Notes under the pieces: generated by a model
Told to the model about the DNA's origin: nothing
Database searches by the model: none
Seen by the model: only the letters and a program-made list of their open reading frames with translations
Shown: positions 1-12,539 of the stretch, piece after piece
Layout: every line of letters starts with the position of its first letter
Numbering within the stretch: the first letter of the stretch is position 1
Position numbers and translations under genes: made by a program
Assembly: GCF_006345805.1 (NCBI RefSeq)
Contig: NC_043002.1
Location: 35,712,001-35,776,000, forward strand
DNA length: 64,000 nucleotides
Reading direction: 5' to 3'
Source: Octopus sinensis
Lineage: Eukaryota

Positions 1-305
1 AATCAAAAGATAGAAGCAAGACTAAAAGAGGTAAAAATGGGTTTGCGTAGAGCTAACATCCCTACTTAGAAAAATCAAAGTTACAAAAGTATCGGTGACA
101 ATCCAAAACGAACAAGACTCGAAAGAGGAAAGCCTTCTCTCATGTTGAAACGAGAGCGTCAGTACAGGTGGCACAGGCGACGAGGAGGCAGAGCTGAAAA
201 GCAGGGATCCAACTGGAGAGAAGCAGAAAAACAGCTCAGAGTCGAAAAAGGTAGAGAAAAGTCTTCGATGGCCTATGCTCCATTGGGAACGAAGGGTTTA
301 CGTAA
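1..305 (+). mobile_element. RTE-clade LINE, degenerate 3' end
   Basis: Translates to an RTE-like C-terminus (NWREAEK..AQSR...DGLCSIGNEG) and ends in tggcctatgctccattgggaacgaaggg, a typical RTE terminus; stops and frameshifts present. Confidence 0.7.
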
Positions 306-902
306 GTATGCCTAAGAGTACATTAATAAATTATAAACCGGTGGTGATATGAATGAAATTTGGCTCCTATTTCTAACAGAATATACGACTATATAGACAC
401 TCTCTCAGTTGTTTGTTACAGAGCTGGTATGTATTTATATCATCTAAACGATTGCTTTTTACACTGCAAGCAGGTTCTCTCCGCCCAGTTGTTTTTGCGA
501 TTGGATTTCAAATGTTTTTTCTCATTTGTCATAATTTTGACAGAGTCAATGGCCATTTTCCAAAGTCTCGGTGATTTGGGATTTGGGGAAAGTGCAAAAC
601 AAACAAACAAAATAAAAACAAAAAAAAAAACAAAACACCCCCTACCTGTGACTAGTATGTTTTTGCAGTAGGAAACAGCGCATCAAAGCACTAAATGTAT
701 ATATTTATAAATAAGTAATAGTTTGTGTTTCGCTAAGATGCAGTGCACGGTACCAAAATGTTCGACTCGAGTCTAATATGACAAACTATACTAACACTTT
801 AACTGAGGAGGGTTTACGTAATGGATGCAAACCTGAAACGTACATATTAAATGATTTCAAAATATCAGTATTTAGTTTCACATCATTATTACAACTATAA
901 AT

Positions 903-928
903 AATACATACATACATACATACATACA

Positions 929-960
<32 letters not shown>

Positions 961-983
961 CATATATATATATATATATATAT
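903..983. repeat. Compound (TACA)n/(TA)n microsatellite
   Basis: Direct reading. Confidence 0.95.
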
Positions 984-1195
984 AGGGAGAGTTCACGAAA
1001 AAAACCAAAAAACAAGTGACGAAGACAGGTGGTGTACAAAACAAACAGATGTATTAGTATAACGCTCAGGAATAGAAAAAGTATTTTACGTTTCGAGCCT
1101 ACGCTCTTCTACAGAAAGGGACACGGAAAAAAAAAACAAGGAGAGAAACAAGAAGAGAGAAAAAAAATGTGTGTAGTGGCTACCGATCTATATAT
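984..1195 (-). mobile_element. Short PLE-like terminal fragment with minimal hammerhead-like motif (copy 1)
   Basis: Closely similar to 29343-29522; minus strand reads CUGUAGAA-GAGC-GUAG-GCUC-GAAACGUA; abuts a (TA)n tract. Confidence 0.6.
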
Positions 1196-1405
1196 ATACA
1201 TTTATCTTTCAAAGCTGGAATAAAAGAAACAGAACGCAAATATTGTCATAAATGTTATAGTTAATAAATTACTCCAGTATGCTTTATTGGTGTGTGTATG
1301 CATGTACGCGCGCGTGTGCCTGCGCGCACAAGTGTATGTATTTTATCGACCCCGAATGTATGTACGTACGTATGTATACATGTATGTATGTATATATGTA
1401 TGTAT

Positions 1406-1531
1406 GAGGTCGACTTTGCCTTTCATCCTTTCGGGGTCGATAAATAAAGTACCAGTTTCGCACTGGGGTCGATGTAATCGACCTAATCCGTTTGTCCCCT
1501 CTGTGTTTAGCCCCTTGTGGGCAGTAAAGAA

Positions 1532-1534
<3 letters not shown>
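1406..1534 (+). mobile_element. tRNA-derived SINE family A, 5'-truncated
   Basis: Core gtcgactttgcctttcatcctttcggggtcgataaa and tail ccccttgtgggcagtaaagaaata shared with many copies in the window; flanked by (TATG)n. Confidence 0.9.
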
Positions 1535-1564
<30 letters not shown>

Positions 1565-2139
1565 TGTATGTATGTATGTATGTATGTATGTATGTATGTA
1601 TGTATTCTGTCATTGCTTTCTTGTATGTCAATCTTTGTTCAACCATCTTTAGCAGCAGAAGCACCGCCACCAACAGAAGCTTCTTTCAACTGCTCCACCG
1701 TTAAAATTATAATCATTCATCGTAGCCATCATTAATGTCGTCGTCACCACTATCAGCACCACCACCACCACCACCACCACCACCATCATCATTATTATGA
1801 TCGTCGTCGTGGTTATCATTGTTCTCTCTCACGTTTCCTCTTTTCCTCTCTCCTGCAACCACCTCCAGTATTCAACTCCCACATATAACACCACACCACA
1901 CCACTCCACATCATACCACACCTCACCATCTCCACTGCCAAAGATAATGTGTCAACAAGAGAGGCCAATGGTCAAGGCTACACATAGTCTGCTGTAACAC
2001 ACATATGTCGACGCAGCTGTTAACATATATGAACGTCTACCTAAAACTGTGGGATGGGTGAATTGCTGGTTGATGGTGGTGGTGGTGGTGGCATGAGATT
2101 GTGGAATTGAGGTAACATTGGTAGTGTGGCAGGCGGTAA

Positions 2140-2147
<8 letters not shown>

Positions 2148-2221
<74 letters not shown>

Positions 2222-2243
2222 GGTGGTGGTAGTAGTAGTAGTG

Positions 2244-2275
<32 letters not shown>

Positions 2276-2332
2276 GAAAGTAGTAGTAGTAGTGGTAGTA
2301 GTAGTAGTAGTAATAGTAGTAGTAGTAGTAAT
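2148..2332. repeat. (GTA)n/(GGT)n trinucleotide microsatellite
   Basis: Direct reading; source of the poly-T, poly-V and poly-S ORFs. Confidence 0.95.
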
Positions 2333-2989
2333 GGTGATAATAGTCATGAAGACAGCTGAGATAGAGTGGTGATGTTGGTCGTGGAAGTAAGATAGTGGTA
2401 TTTGTGCCGATAGAAGTTCTTGTAGTTGTGGTGGTGCTTAGGCTGAAGGTAGTAGTAATTCAAGTGGTAAGAAATTTATGGTGAATCTAGAATCTATTAG
2501 AGATGATGGTACTAATAATAGCAGTAGTTTCCGTGACTGTAGAACCAATGGTTGGTGCAAACCCGAAAAGACATACTCGAATAGACAGACCATTTGCGCT
2601 TGCGATAAGAGTGGGGGGAAAATAACCCAAAGAAATTTTCTGGGCATCAACGTAAGCTGAAAGAACTTCACTTGCATGAATTTATCTATGCAATTAGTAA
2701 GCAAAAACACTCTGCCCAGTCATCCATACTCGTATACACTGATCATTTAGGTATCAACAATGCTTTAGAGAAGCACCCTGCATAGGCAGTACACATATAC
2801 GGTAAATTCTCACACATGAAACACTGAGAGCAGGAAATCTTTGCTTACCTGACATTATCCATTCAGTTAGTAGACAAAAACACCCTCTGCCGGTGTTCAA
2901 CATTTAAAAATAAAAATAAGACAAGGGGAATAATTCAAGTAAGATTGGCCATATGTATATGTATATATATATTTATGCGTGTGTATATA

Positions 2990-3310
2990 TATATAACAAA
3001 ATAATAAATAAAACATATGCATATATACCAACATCTATATGTATATATACATGCATGTATAGGTACAGGACACACAAAAAAAAAACGTCGAACACAATGA
3101 GAAACGAAAACATAAAAAGGAAAATTCCCCTTCTTCAGCTGCCTCCGTTTCGTCTACTCCGTGTTTCGAAGGTAAAGGCGTCCTGTACCTATAAATGCAT
3201 GTATATATACATATAGATGTAGGTACGTACATATATGTATGTATATATGCATATGTTTTATTTATTATTTTGTTATTATATGATGAAACGCCACGCATCC
3301 TCTTCCAAGT
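2990..3310. mobile_element. Head-to-head inverted pair of PLE-like family B fragments
   Basis: Arms at about 2990-3070 and 3178-3275 are reverse complements; the centre carries the ccttcgaaac...ctgaagaagg motif also seen near 10050, 10700 and 23250. Confidence 0.7.
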
Positions 3311-4929
3311 ATATATATATATCTCAGGAAGCTGTTCTGGCTTCGTTTATACCTTGGTACTTCCCTGTCGGAATTTGCAGTGTCCTCAAGCACCTTTTTA
3401 CGCTACAGTCTTGACATCGGTTTTTCAAATGTATTTTCCCAAGATTTCAATGATACGTGATTCGGAGAAAGACTGAAAAACCTTCCACTTATGAGTTTCT
3501 GTAGTAGGGGGATGTAGTAAAGACACTGGCAATAGTTATGATGACTAAACCTGGTGACGAGTGTTATCTTGATTTTGTAAGCTGGTTAGGAAAAGTGGCG
3601 AAAGAGTAAGTAACTGATCCAGTTGTTGTTACTGAGTAGCTCCAGGCCGATCTTGATCAGGTATCTATGGCACGTAGGTCTTGGTGCGATCTTCAGATCA
3701 CTTGCATCAGATATACCATATCTCCAACTAGTTGAGATATATAGGGGTCTCTAAGCGACCATTCCATCTGATGGAAAACCCTTCCATTTAACAGTACACA
3801 TCGGATAATGTAGTCTTACATATACTATGTATCCAAAAAGAAGGACTGATTGATCATGATTGAAACGCCTTCTTTCACAAGGCTGTTAAATCAACATGTT
3901 GGCACAGTTGAGCTCTTCGCTATCTCGTCATAATTCGCCATGCTGCAGTCCCATAACTTCCACCGTATCCTTGGCAGGGTGGCTGAACGGGTGTTATGCC
4001 TTGCCAAAAGTCAGCCCGTAACTATGAAGGGCAAGTAATTGCAACGCATCCATAAGGGTGGCGATCATGATTATGTAATCAGCTAATAAAAGATTCACTG
4101 TAACTTAAGCTCCCAATTGAAATTCATAAAAGAATTGGATGACTACAGAGAGCCATGGGAATCTGCGAAAGCAGCGAAAAAAAAAGTTCTTAGACATTGT
4201 GCATCTTGGACGGTAGGGTTGATTCTAACATTTTAAGAGACATTTTACGAGATTCCAACCGAGACGGCTTTTCTCAAATTTGGTATGGCTGCCAACAGAA
4301 CCACTAGGAAAGGAAAACATTGTGGGTATAGTAACTACATGAAGGTATGTGATCCACTGATCGTCCCCAGTGTATTGCTGGTATTAATTTTATCGAACCC
4401 GGAAGGATGAAAAAGTAATCTCTACTATTAAAATTCATTCACATCTGGGATACTTCATTAAATTAACGCCAATCCCTGATTGGTACTATTTTTACCCGAC
4501 ACTCTAACGGCTGTACCAGTCCATTACTTGATGTCGACATCAGTCGAGTTTGAACTTATAACAGAGCAATGAAACTAAGAATACTGGTAAGTAATTTTTC
4601 CGACGATCTACTTTTTCTGCCACTCCACTGTGATGTTATAAATTGTGATAAGTTATGAAGAAATTAGTAAACAATTTTTATTAATCATGATATAAAGCTA
4701 TAAAATTCTTAGACATGTTAAATTAATCAACATTAATCATGAGTATACATGTCTACTCATCATTAAATCAGCTGTAAAGCAACCGTACGAAATAGGAAAA
4801 AAGATGCTATATTTAGGATATGTGAGGCTGTGATTTTTCCTCACACATTGGTTGCTTTTCAATAAATACATCTAACAACGTCTGCATGTTCACGAGACCT
4901 CTCTCACAAAGTACTTCTTGGTAGCAGGA

Positions 4930-6290
4930 CATCATGTCTAGATACCGGTCTCTGCTTGCTGCTGCGCTTCCAGTTAAACTGGTTCATGATTTCTGTAGTC
5001 TTGCCGATGCCGTTACTGAAGAATTCAATCATTAAAATTCTTTCGGGTATCACTGGCTCTAAGATAAGATTTTCTGGACCATTTTTGAATGCGATGCTAT
5101 GCCAGCTAAAGCAGCTTTTCAATGGAGTATATTAAATTTTCTGCATTGGCATTTCGCACTCTCTTCTTGTTAGCTAAATCAACGATGTCATTGATGACCG
5201 CTTGTACTTAAAATTCACGAAATTCCAAGAAATCGTAGAAAGATTCTGGTTGCAGCTTCTTTCAAACTCTATTCAAGCAGATCTCGATTACTTTGCCCTA
5301 GGCTACATTGGTATTATCTATGGCCTTCATGAAATGATAATTTTTTCAAAAGCTCTTGACAGATTGTTTATCTTGGTCATCTTTTCCGTTAACAAGTCGT
5401 TTGAAAGCGTAACCAAGGAAGCAGGCTTTGGGATGCGAAATTATACCCTGATCAATGGGTTGGAATGAAAGTGTAGTGTCTGTCGCCGGTAAACTATTTC
5501 GACTGAAATACAAGTTTGAAAGGTGTCAAGATTCTGGATATGGTATGGAGCAATATCAAACCAACGTTTTAGGTTTGAGGTTATGTTCTTGATATCTTTT
5601 CAATATTTATGTTAGACAGTCTCTTTTCTCTTCTCGAGAAATGTAAATGCGGGATATGTTTTTCTTGAAAATGACTGTTTCATCGATTGAATACAAATTG
5701 GGAGGGTAGCTGTAACATACGATTAAGAAACTGAAGAAATTCTTTGTCCTCATTTTGTAGCAGCACCAGAGCTATGTATGCTTCGTAGGTCATGTCACCG
5801 CTTGAACTTGTAAATCCAAACTTTGTTAGTTGTGAATGCTTCTGAATTCGCTTTTACTTCTTGTAAGTGTTTAGAGATGCTCCTTGCTTTTTTCAAGTTG
5901 GTAAATTCGCTTAATGACATATTGCGTTGCGTTTTAGTATCCACCTATATAAAAAGAATGACTTCTACTTTTTTTTCTTATAAAACTTTACTCCTTAAAT
6001 GTGTTACTTTCTTAGCTGATAACAATGATGTAATAATAGCATAAACGCTTATTTTGTCTGCATTTATCTAAAATTTTCCCAAATACGGCTGATGCTTGCC
6101 AACACTTGCAATTTTACATCTAATATGATGATTTTAATCGGTATGCCGTTTTCCATTTATGATGAATGAAAATTTGTGTGAACAATTTGGTTCTGTGTGG
6201 GAGAAAGTGAGTCACAATTTCTTATATTCCTTTCATAACTTAATTTTCATTTTCTGTGAAAGCACTTGTTCTTTAGTAAACACATATTTT
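4930..6290 (-). mobile_element. Degenerate pogo/Tigger transposase (DDE_1/CENP-B-like)
   Basis: Frameshifted translation gives IDETVIFKKNISRIYISREEK, FQPIDQGIISHPKA, KNYHFMKAIDN and CLNRV*KKLQPESFYDF, matching Tigger motifs (DETGL..K.MP.RTYIS.EE; QPMDQGII; LNGVWKKL.P...DF). Confidence 0.8.
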
Positions 6291-6554
6291 TAAGAAAACT
6301 CACTTCTTTTTGAAAGAAACTTTCGCCTTTACTTTACCGTCGTGGGGCACTTGACAATAAAACGGGGAAGATATTCCAGTTTCTTGTTATCTGTTGTTAT
6401 CATTTATTATACTTTTACATTTCTATGATTTCTTACATTACAAATTTTATTTGTATTGAAATAACCTTCACTACGGAACAAAATCCACACCTGAATCAAC
6501 ATCTTATACTACAGAGAATCGTGCAACTGTCATAGAAAGTTCTCCCCAGATGTG

Positions 6555-6780
<226 letters not shown>

Positions 6781-7385
6781 AATACACTAGAGACAAATTC
6801 GCATTCTCCATATAGAAATAATTATGATGAAACCGCTACTAAGACAATGGAACAAGAATCCGTATAAATCGTCCAAAGAACTGAAGAATTGGTTAGACCA
6901 GCGAGGATATAGAAATGGATAATTTTAGTTTTATTGAAAATGTCAAGTGAGTTTATTGATTTTTTTCCCCTCATATTTTTTGAATATTTGGATTTTGTAA
7001 CAATAATAATAATAGTTAATATAGGTGATGATGGCGATGGTAATTTATTGATGATGGTTATGATGTTTGTCAGGTGCAATTGTCTTAGTTGATCGGTGGC
7101 GGTAATAGTGCTGGCAATGTTGGTGGTGATGTTCATGTTCGTTATTGTAATTTGTGGTGGTCATGTCCGTGATGGTGGTGGTGGTATTAGAAGATTGATG
7201 TTGATGGTATTTGGTACTAGATTTGCTGGTAGGTGCTGATGTTGGTGTTGGTTAAGTGTGTTAGTAGAATTGGTGTCTGTTGTAGTGTTGTTGTTGTTGT
7301 TGCGGTGTTTGTTGCTGGTGTATGGGATACTCTCGGTTAGGTGGTTGTGTTGATAATAGCAGTAATAGTAATATATGTGTTGTTT

Positions 7386-7510
7386 TTATCGACCCCGAAT
7401 GGATGAAAGGCAAGGTCTACCCCGGTGATATTTGAACTCAGAACGTAAAATCGGACGAAATACCGCTAAGCATTTTGCCCGGCGCTAATGATTCTGCGAG
7501 CTTACCGCCT
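7386..7510 (-). mobile_element. SINE family A, 5' half
   Basis: Reverse complement of head and core (atcgaccccgaatggatgaaaggcaagg...tttgaactcagaacg). Confidence 0.85.
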
Positions 7511-7514
7511 TAAT

Positions 7515-7693
<179 letters not shown>

Positions 7694-8096
7694 CATAATG
7701 TATATATAAATAATACTGATGTATATTAATTTTTAATGTAAGCTGGCTCAGAGACTACAATTACACACAGTCTTCGTTCACTTAATTACAATTCCATCGA
7801 TTGTGTGACAGACACATTTAGAAATATCTCTGCCATAACTCTGCCGCAATTACTCGTGAAATGTCAACGTTACTTCATCTTTGCGTATGCTAACATTTTA
7901 CTAATTGTATGTATGTATGTATGTATGTATGTATGTATGTATGTATGTATGTATGTATGTATGTATGTATGTATGTATAAACACAGACACACGCGCCCGC
8001 ACACCACACACACACTCACACACACACACACACACACACATACGCACACACACACATGTAACACAGACAAATACAGGTAAATCAAATATCATAGAG

Positions 8097-8606
8097 CAGG
8101 GGTGGGGAAACTTTTTTGAGTGGCGAGCAAAAATTTCTAAAGAAAAAGGTCCGCAGACGGACCAGAAATTCTAACGCTTACATCTGTATAAATCTTGTAT
8201 ATATCTATGTATAATTCAATATACATTAATAAAGATAAGTTTAAGACATTAAATTAACGCGTAACATCTTCATCAACGCCGCCACTGAATTTAGAATGCT
8301 TATATTACTTATGAGGTATTCTATATTTTTCAGCTAGAGTGTAGTTGAATCTCAAGGCAGTGGTACAAACCTAGCAATATGTGTTTTATAGTGAAAACAA
8401 AATTTCCATTCAAATCGCAATTACCGGACGATTTTCTGTTCGAGTCTAACCGTTTTAAGTCGTAGTGGAAACACGACCTATGTTGCAAATAGGCATACGA
8501 ATAGTGCATAAATTTTATAATTGAAAAATTTACTATATTTAGTACATATAAGTATATAAAACTGCGAGCGCAATAAAATGGGCTTGCGGGGATTTCCCCA
8601 CCCCTG
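8097..8606 (+). mobile_element. hAT (Charlie-like) MITE, 510 bp, copy 1
   Basis: Termini caggggtggggaaa / tttccccacccctg; partly conserved 8-bp flanks tcatagag / ctatagaa; no ORF; second copy at 59926-60430. Confidence 0.85.
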
Positions 8607-9220
8607 CTATAGAACATAATTTCTTGAATTATTAATGGACGGGGAGATAATCTTAAAATGAAATATTCTGCAAAGTTGACACGCTATTAAATAAAAGGAC
8701 AGATTTATTGACTGGAGGTAAGAGGACAGTCATGGATGAATGTTTCTGCCTCAATAGACGTCATTAGCACGACAATTGTAACGCAGTGAGAAGACATAGG
8801 CGTATATTAAAAAAGAGTAGAACACATTTGCATAAACGAAACAAAAATGAGTTAAGAGAAATAACTCGGAGTGGCCAGTGACATCTACTTGAACAACATA
8901 AACAAGTATAGGCAAATCAAATGCAACATAAATTCTTGATTTATTAAAATTATCTCCACCTTTAGAGGAAATGTCTTGTTCTCAATTGTCATTGTGATAC
9001 ATCTTGTAGAGGCGGAGACAATTTTAATAAATAAAGAATCTATATTTTATGGCATTTGTTATATCTGTATTATCATGTTCTTCATATACATGCCACTGAC
9101 CATTCACAGTTATTTCTCTTAACTAATTTCTCTTTAATTTATGTATGTATGTATGTATGTATGTATGTATGTATGTATGTATGTATGTATGTATGTATGT
9201 ATGTATGTAGTATGTATGTA

Positions 9221-9648
9221 GGTGCAGGCGTGGCTGTGTAGTAAGAAGCTAGTTTCTTAACCACATGATTCCGGGTTCAGTCCCACTGCGTGACACCATG
9301 GGCAAGTATCTTCTACTATAGCCTCGGGCTGACCAAAGCCTTGCGAGTGGATTTGGTAAACAGAAACTAAAACAAGCCCGTTGTACATACACACACACAT
9401 ACACACACATTTATGTGAGTGTGTCTTTGTGTCTGTGTTTGTTCCCCACCATCGCTTGACAACCGATGTTGGTGTGTTTAGTCTCTGTAACTTAGCGGTT
9501 CGGCAAAAGTGATTAGGCTTACAAAAAGTACTAGGCTTACAAAAAATATATCCTGGGGTCGATTTCTGCGACTAAAACCCTTTAAGGCGGGTGCTCCAGA
9601 ATGTGTGCAGTGAAATGACTGAAACAAGTAAAAGAATAAAAGAATAAT
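9221..9648 (+). mobile_element. tRNA-derived SINE family B (OR-type, CORE-like), full length
   Basis: A/B-box-like head (tggctgtgtagt, gggttcagtccc), CORE-like ggcaagtatcttctactatagcc, internal CA/TG tract and (aaaagaat)-type tail. Confidence 0.85.
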
Positions 9649-9906
9649 ATATATATTCTTTTATTCTTTTACTTGTTTCAGTCATATATATAAATAATAT
9701 ATGTATATGCATATACACACACATACATGTACATGCCTACATATACATATACTACATACATATAATATATATATTATATAAGGTATGTAGAAAAAACAAC
9801 ATGGACAAGAACGTATAACTCTTAGAAGACGATACAATAAACACGGACAGGACATTCGAACCCTCAGTCTCAGTCAAGAACCGGATCATCGTAGTAATTT
9901 CGCTGA

Positions 9907-9942
<36 letters not shown>

Positions 9943-9982
9943 TATATATATATATATATATATAGATATATATATATATATA

Positions 9983-10136
9983 CAGGACGTAAAAAAAACG
10001 TGAACAAAATGAGAAACGAGATAGGCAACATAAAGAACATTCCCTTCATCAGCTTTCCCTTGCTTTATCTACTCCGCGTTTCGAAGGTAGGGACAAGACG
10101 TGACTCTTTAAAACAGTCCTTCCCGCAAAGCAAATA

Positions 10137-10207
<71 letters not shown>

Positions 10208-10980
10208 TATATATTATGTGATCGAACGCTTCGCATGCATTTCCAAGTATGTTTTATTTTAATAATTCCGATGCGCACTCTACAACATATCTCTATTTTA
10301 TCTCCTTCTCTTGTTCTTTTCCATTTCTGTTTTTCTCTCACACTCTTTCTTTAATTTTTCTCCACTCCCCTTCACTGTTCCCTGTCTCTCTGTCACTCCC
10401 TCTCTCTCTCACTCTTCCTCCTTGACTCTCTCGTTGCTCACACGTGACCAACGGCTATCTATCTTTCTTCCACTTCCTTCCTAAAGCCAAGACGTGCTTT
10501 TGCCTGTCTTCTCTCAAAGTTCGTTTTTTCAGCTTTCACCACTTCATCTCGCTATGGTTTAACAGCACTCACCGTTTGTTTTTACTGTTTTTTTCTTACT
10601 GTCCTGTTTTTTTTATCACTTTAACCCTCCGCAAAAAATCCAAAATTTTATTTAATTTGCTTTGCGGGAAGGGCTGTTTTAACGAAGTCGCGTCTTATCC
10701 TTACCTTCGAAATGCGGAGTAGATAAAACAGGGGACAACTGATGAAGGGAATGTTCTTTATGTTGCCTGTCTTGTGTCTCTATTTGTTTCTTTCGTTGTT
10801 CGAAAAAAAATTCGTTTTCCATGCTTTTGTTTTCTATTCTCGTTTCTCATTTTGTTCACATTTTTTTGACGTCCTGCACCCATGTATGCATGTATATATA
10901 CATATATATGTAGGCATGTACATGTATGAGTATATATATAATGTGATCGAACGCCACGCATCCATTTCCAACTTGTTTAT
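9983..10980. mobile_element. PLE-like family B composite: inverted partial copy (9983-10130) plus forward unit (about 10225-10972)
   Basis: 9983-10130 is the reverse complement of about 10670-10880; direct repeat tgatcgaacg..cgcat.catttccaa at about 10220 and 10945; embedded in (TA)n. Confidence 0.65.
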
Positions 10981-10991
10981 CTTATATATAT

Positions 10992-11028
<37 letters not shown>

Positions 11029-11470
11029 GATTATTATGCAGGATTTATTTAAATAACTAGTGTATATATTTCAATAATAGGCTTATTATACAGTTCAAAC
11101 AATAAATAGCCAACATTTCCTTGGCAATTGAAATTTAAGTAATATTAAATTTCTAAGTTACAGCTGTTTGTGTCTTAAAAGATATTTAGTTAAAATGTAT
11201 TTATACATTTTTTTCTTCGAATTTGTGACTTCGAAGTTTCAGTCTGCGTAGCCTTCACTCAGTCATTAGTCGAAGGACTAAGGCAGGCCGAATTACGAAG
11301 TCACTGTCAGCACTATTTATGTCAAAGAATAATAAATATGATTTCAACAAAAAGTATTGAGTAATCCTTCAGTTTAATGTAAAACTGCTTTTATTATATC
11401 TCTGCATAAAAACAAACATATACATACTTAAATGCATACATACATGCATAGATGCATGCATGTATTTATG

Positions 11471-11609
11471 CCCCCGTAACTAGCGGTTCGGTCAAAGAGA
11501 ACGATAGAATAAGTATTTGTCTTTAAAAAAAGGTCCTTGGGTCGATTTGTTGGAGGTGTCCCAGCATGGCTGTAGTCATATAACTGAAACAAGTAAAAGA
11601 TAAAAGATA
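11471..11609 (+). mobile_element. SINE family B, 3' fragment
   Basis: tagcggttcgg..aaagaga..gatagaataagt...actgaaacaagtaaaaga matches the tail of 9221-9648. Confidence 0.75.
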
Positions 11610-12194
11610 CACACGTGTGTATGTTTTTGTACAGACTGACCTCTGTTTATGGCCTCAGACTTGGCTTTATTGCGGACCACATAGTGTATCGTTAGTACAG
11701 CTTTCACACAGTATTTAAAAATCTCGTGAACATTGATTAAGCAAAGGAAAAAATATGTAAAATAACTATGGTTCAACTAAACGAGTGATAGTCTCGTTTA
11801 GACAGACGTTAGTTAATGGTAAAATTATATAACTTTGGGCATCTTGAGGTTAAATAAATTTCAAAACTGACCTGTTATCAAGACACACGCACTTATTCAA
11901 TTTTGGGAACTTTATTGATTTTTATTTACATATGTCAAGAACAGAAATGGAGAAATGTATATTTATTTTACTTATTTATTTAATTTTTTCCCATTCGAAA
12001 GTGGTATTTCATTTGATAAAGAATCTATTAAACTTCATGCTGATAATTGAAGCTATACGACATCGTGTTATGTTTTTGTATTGACATATCCGTTAAATTT
12101 TAATATAATTACGATAATAATCTCACCCTCTCATGTATGTATATGTATACACATATATATGTGTATATGTGTGTGCATGTATATACACACATAC

Positions 12195-12229
<35 letters not shown>

Positions 12230-12379
12230 TGTATGTATGTATGTATGTATGTATGTATGTATATGTATGTATCTTATATATAATTTATATAATATATAAG
12301 TATATAATATGTATGTATATAATATGTATAGGTGTAATATATATATATATATATATATTATATTATATATATATATATA

Positions 12380-12412
<33 letters not shown>

Positions 12413-12539
12413 TCTCACACACACACTACATTCAATAACACAAGTATACATACATACACACATACATGTATGCATGTTTGTGGGCGCATGTATTTGAGTG
12501 TATGCGCGCGCGCGTGTAAATAAGATGATTCAAAAGTCC

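Noticed and set aside
1952-2372. Poly-Thr, poly-Val and poly-Ser ORFs
   Set aside because: Translations of a (GTA)n microsatellite; the same applies to the many YIHT, VCMY, IYLS and HTHT ORFs across the window.
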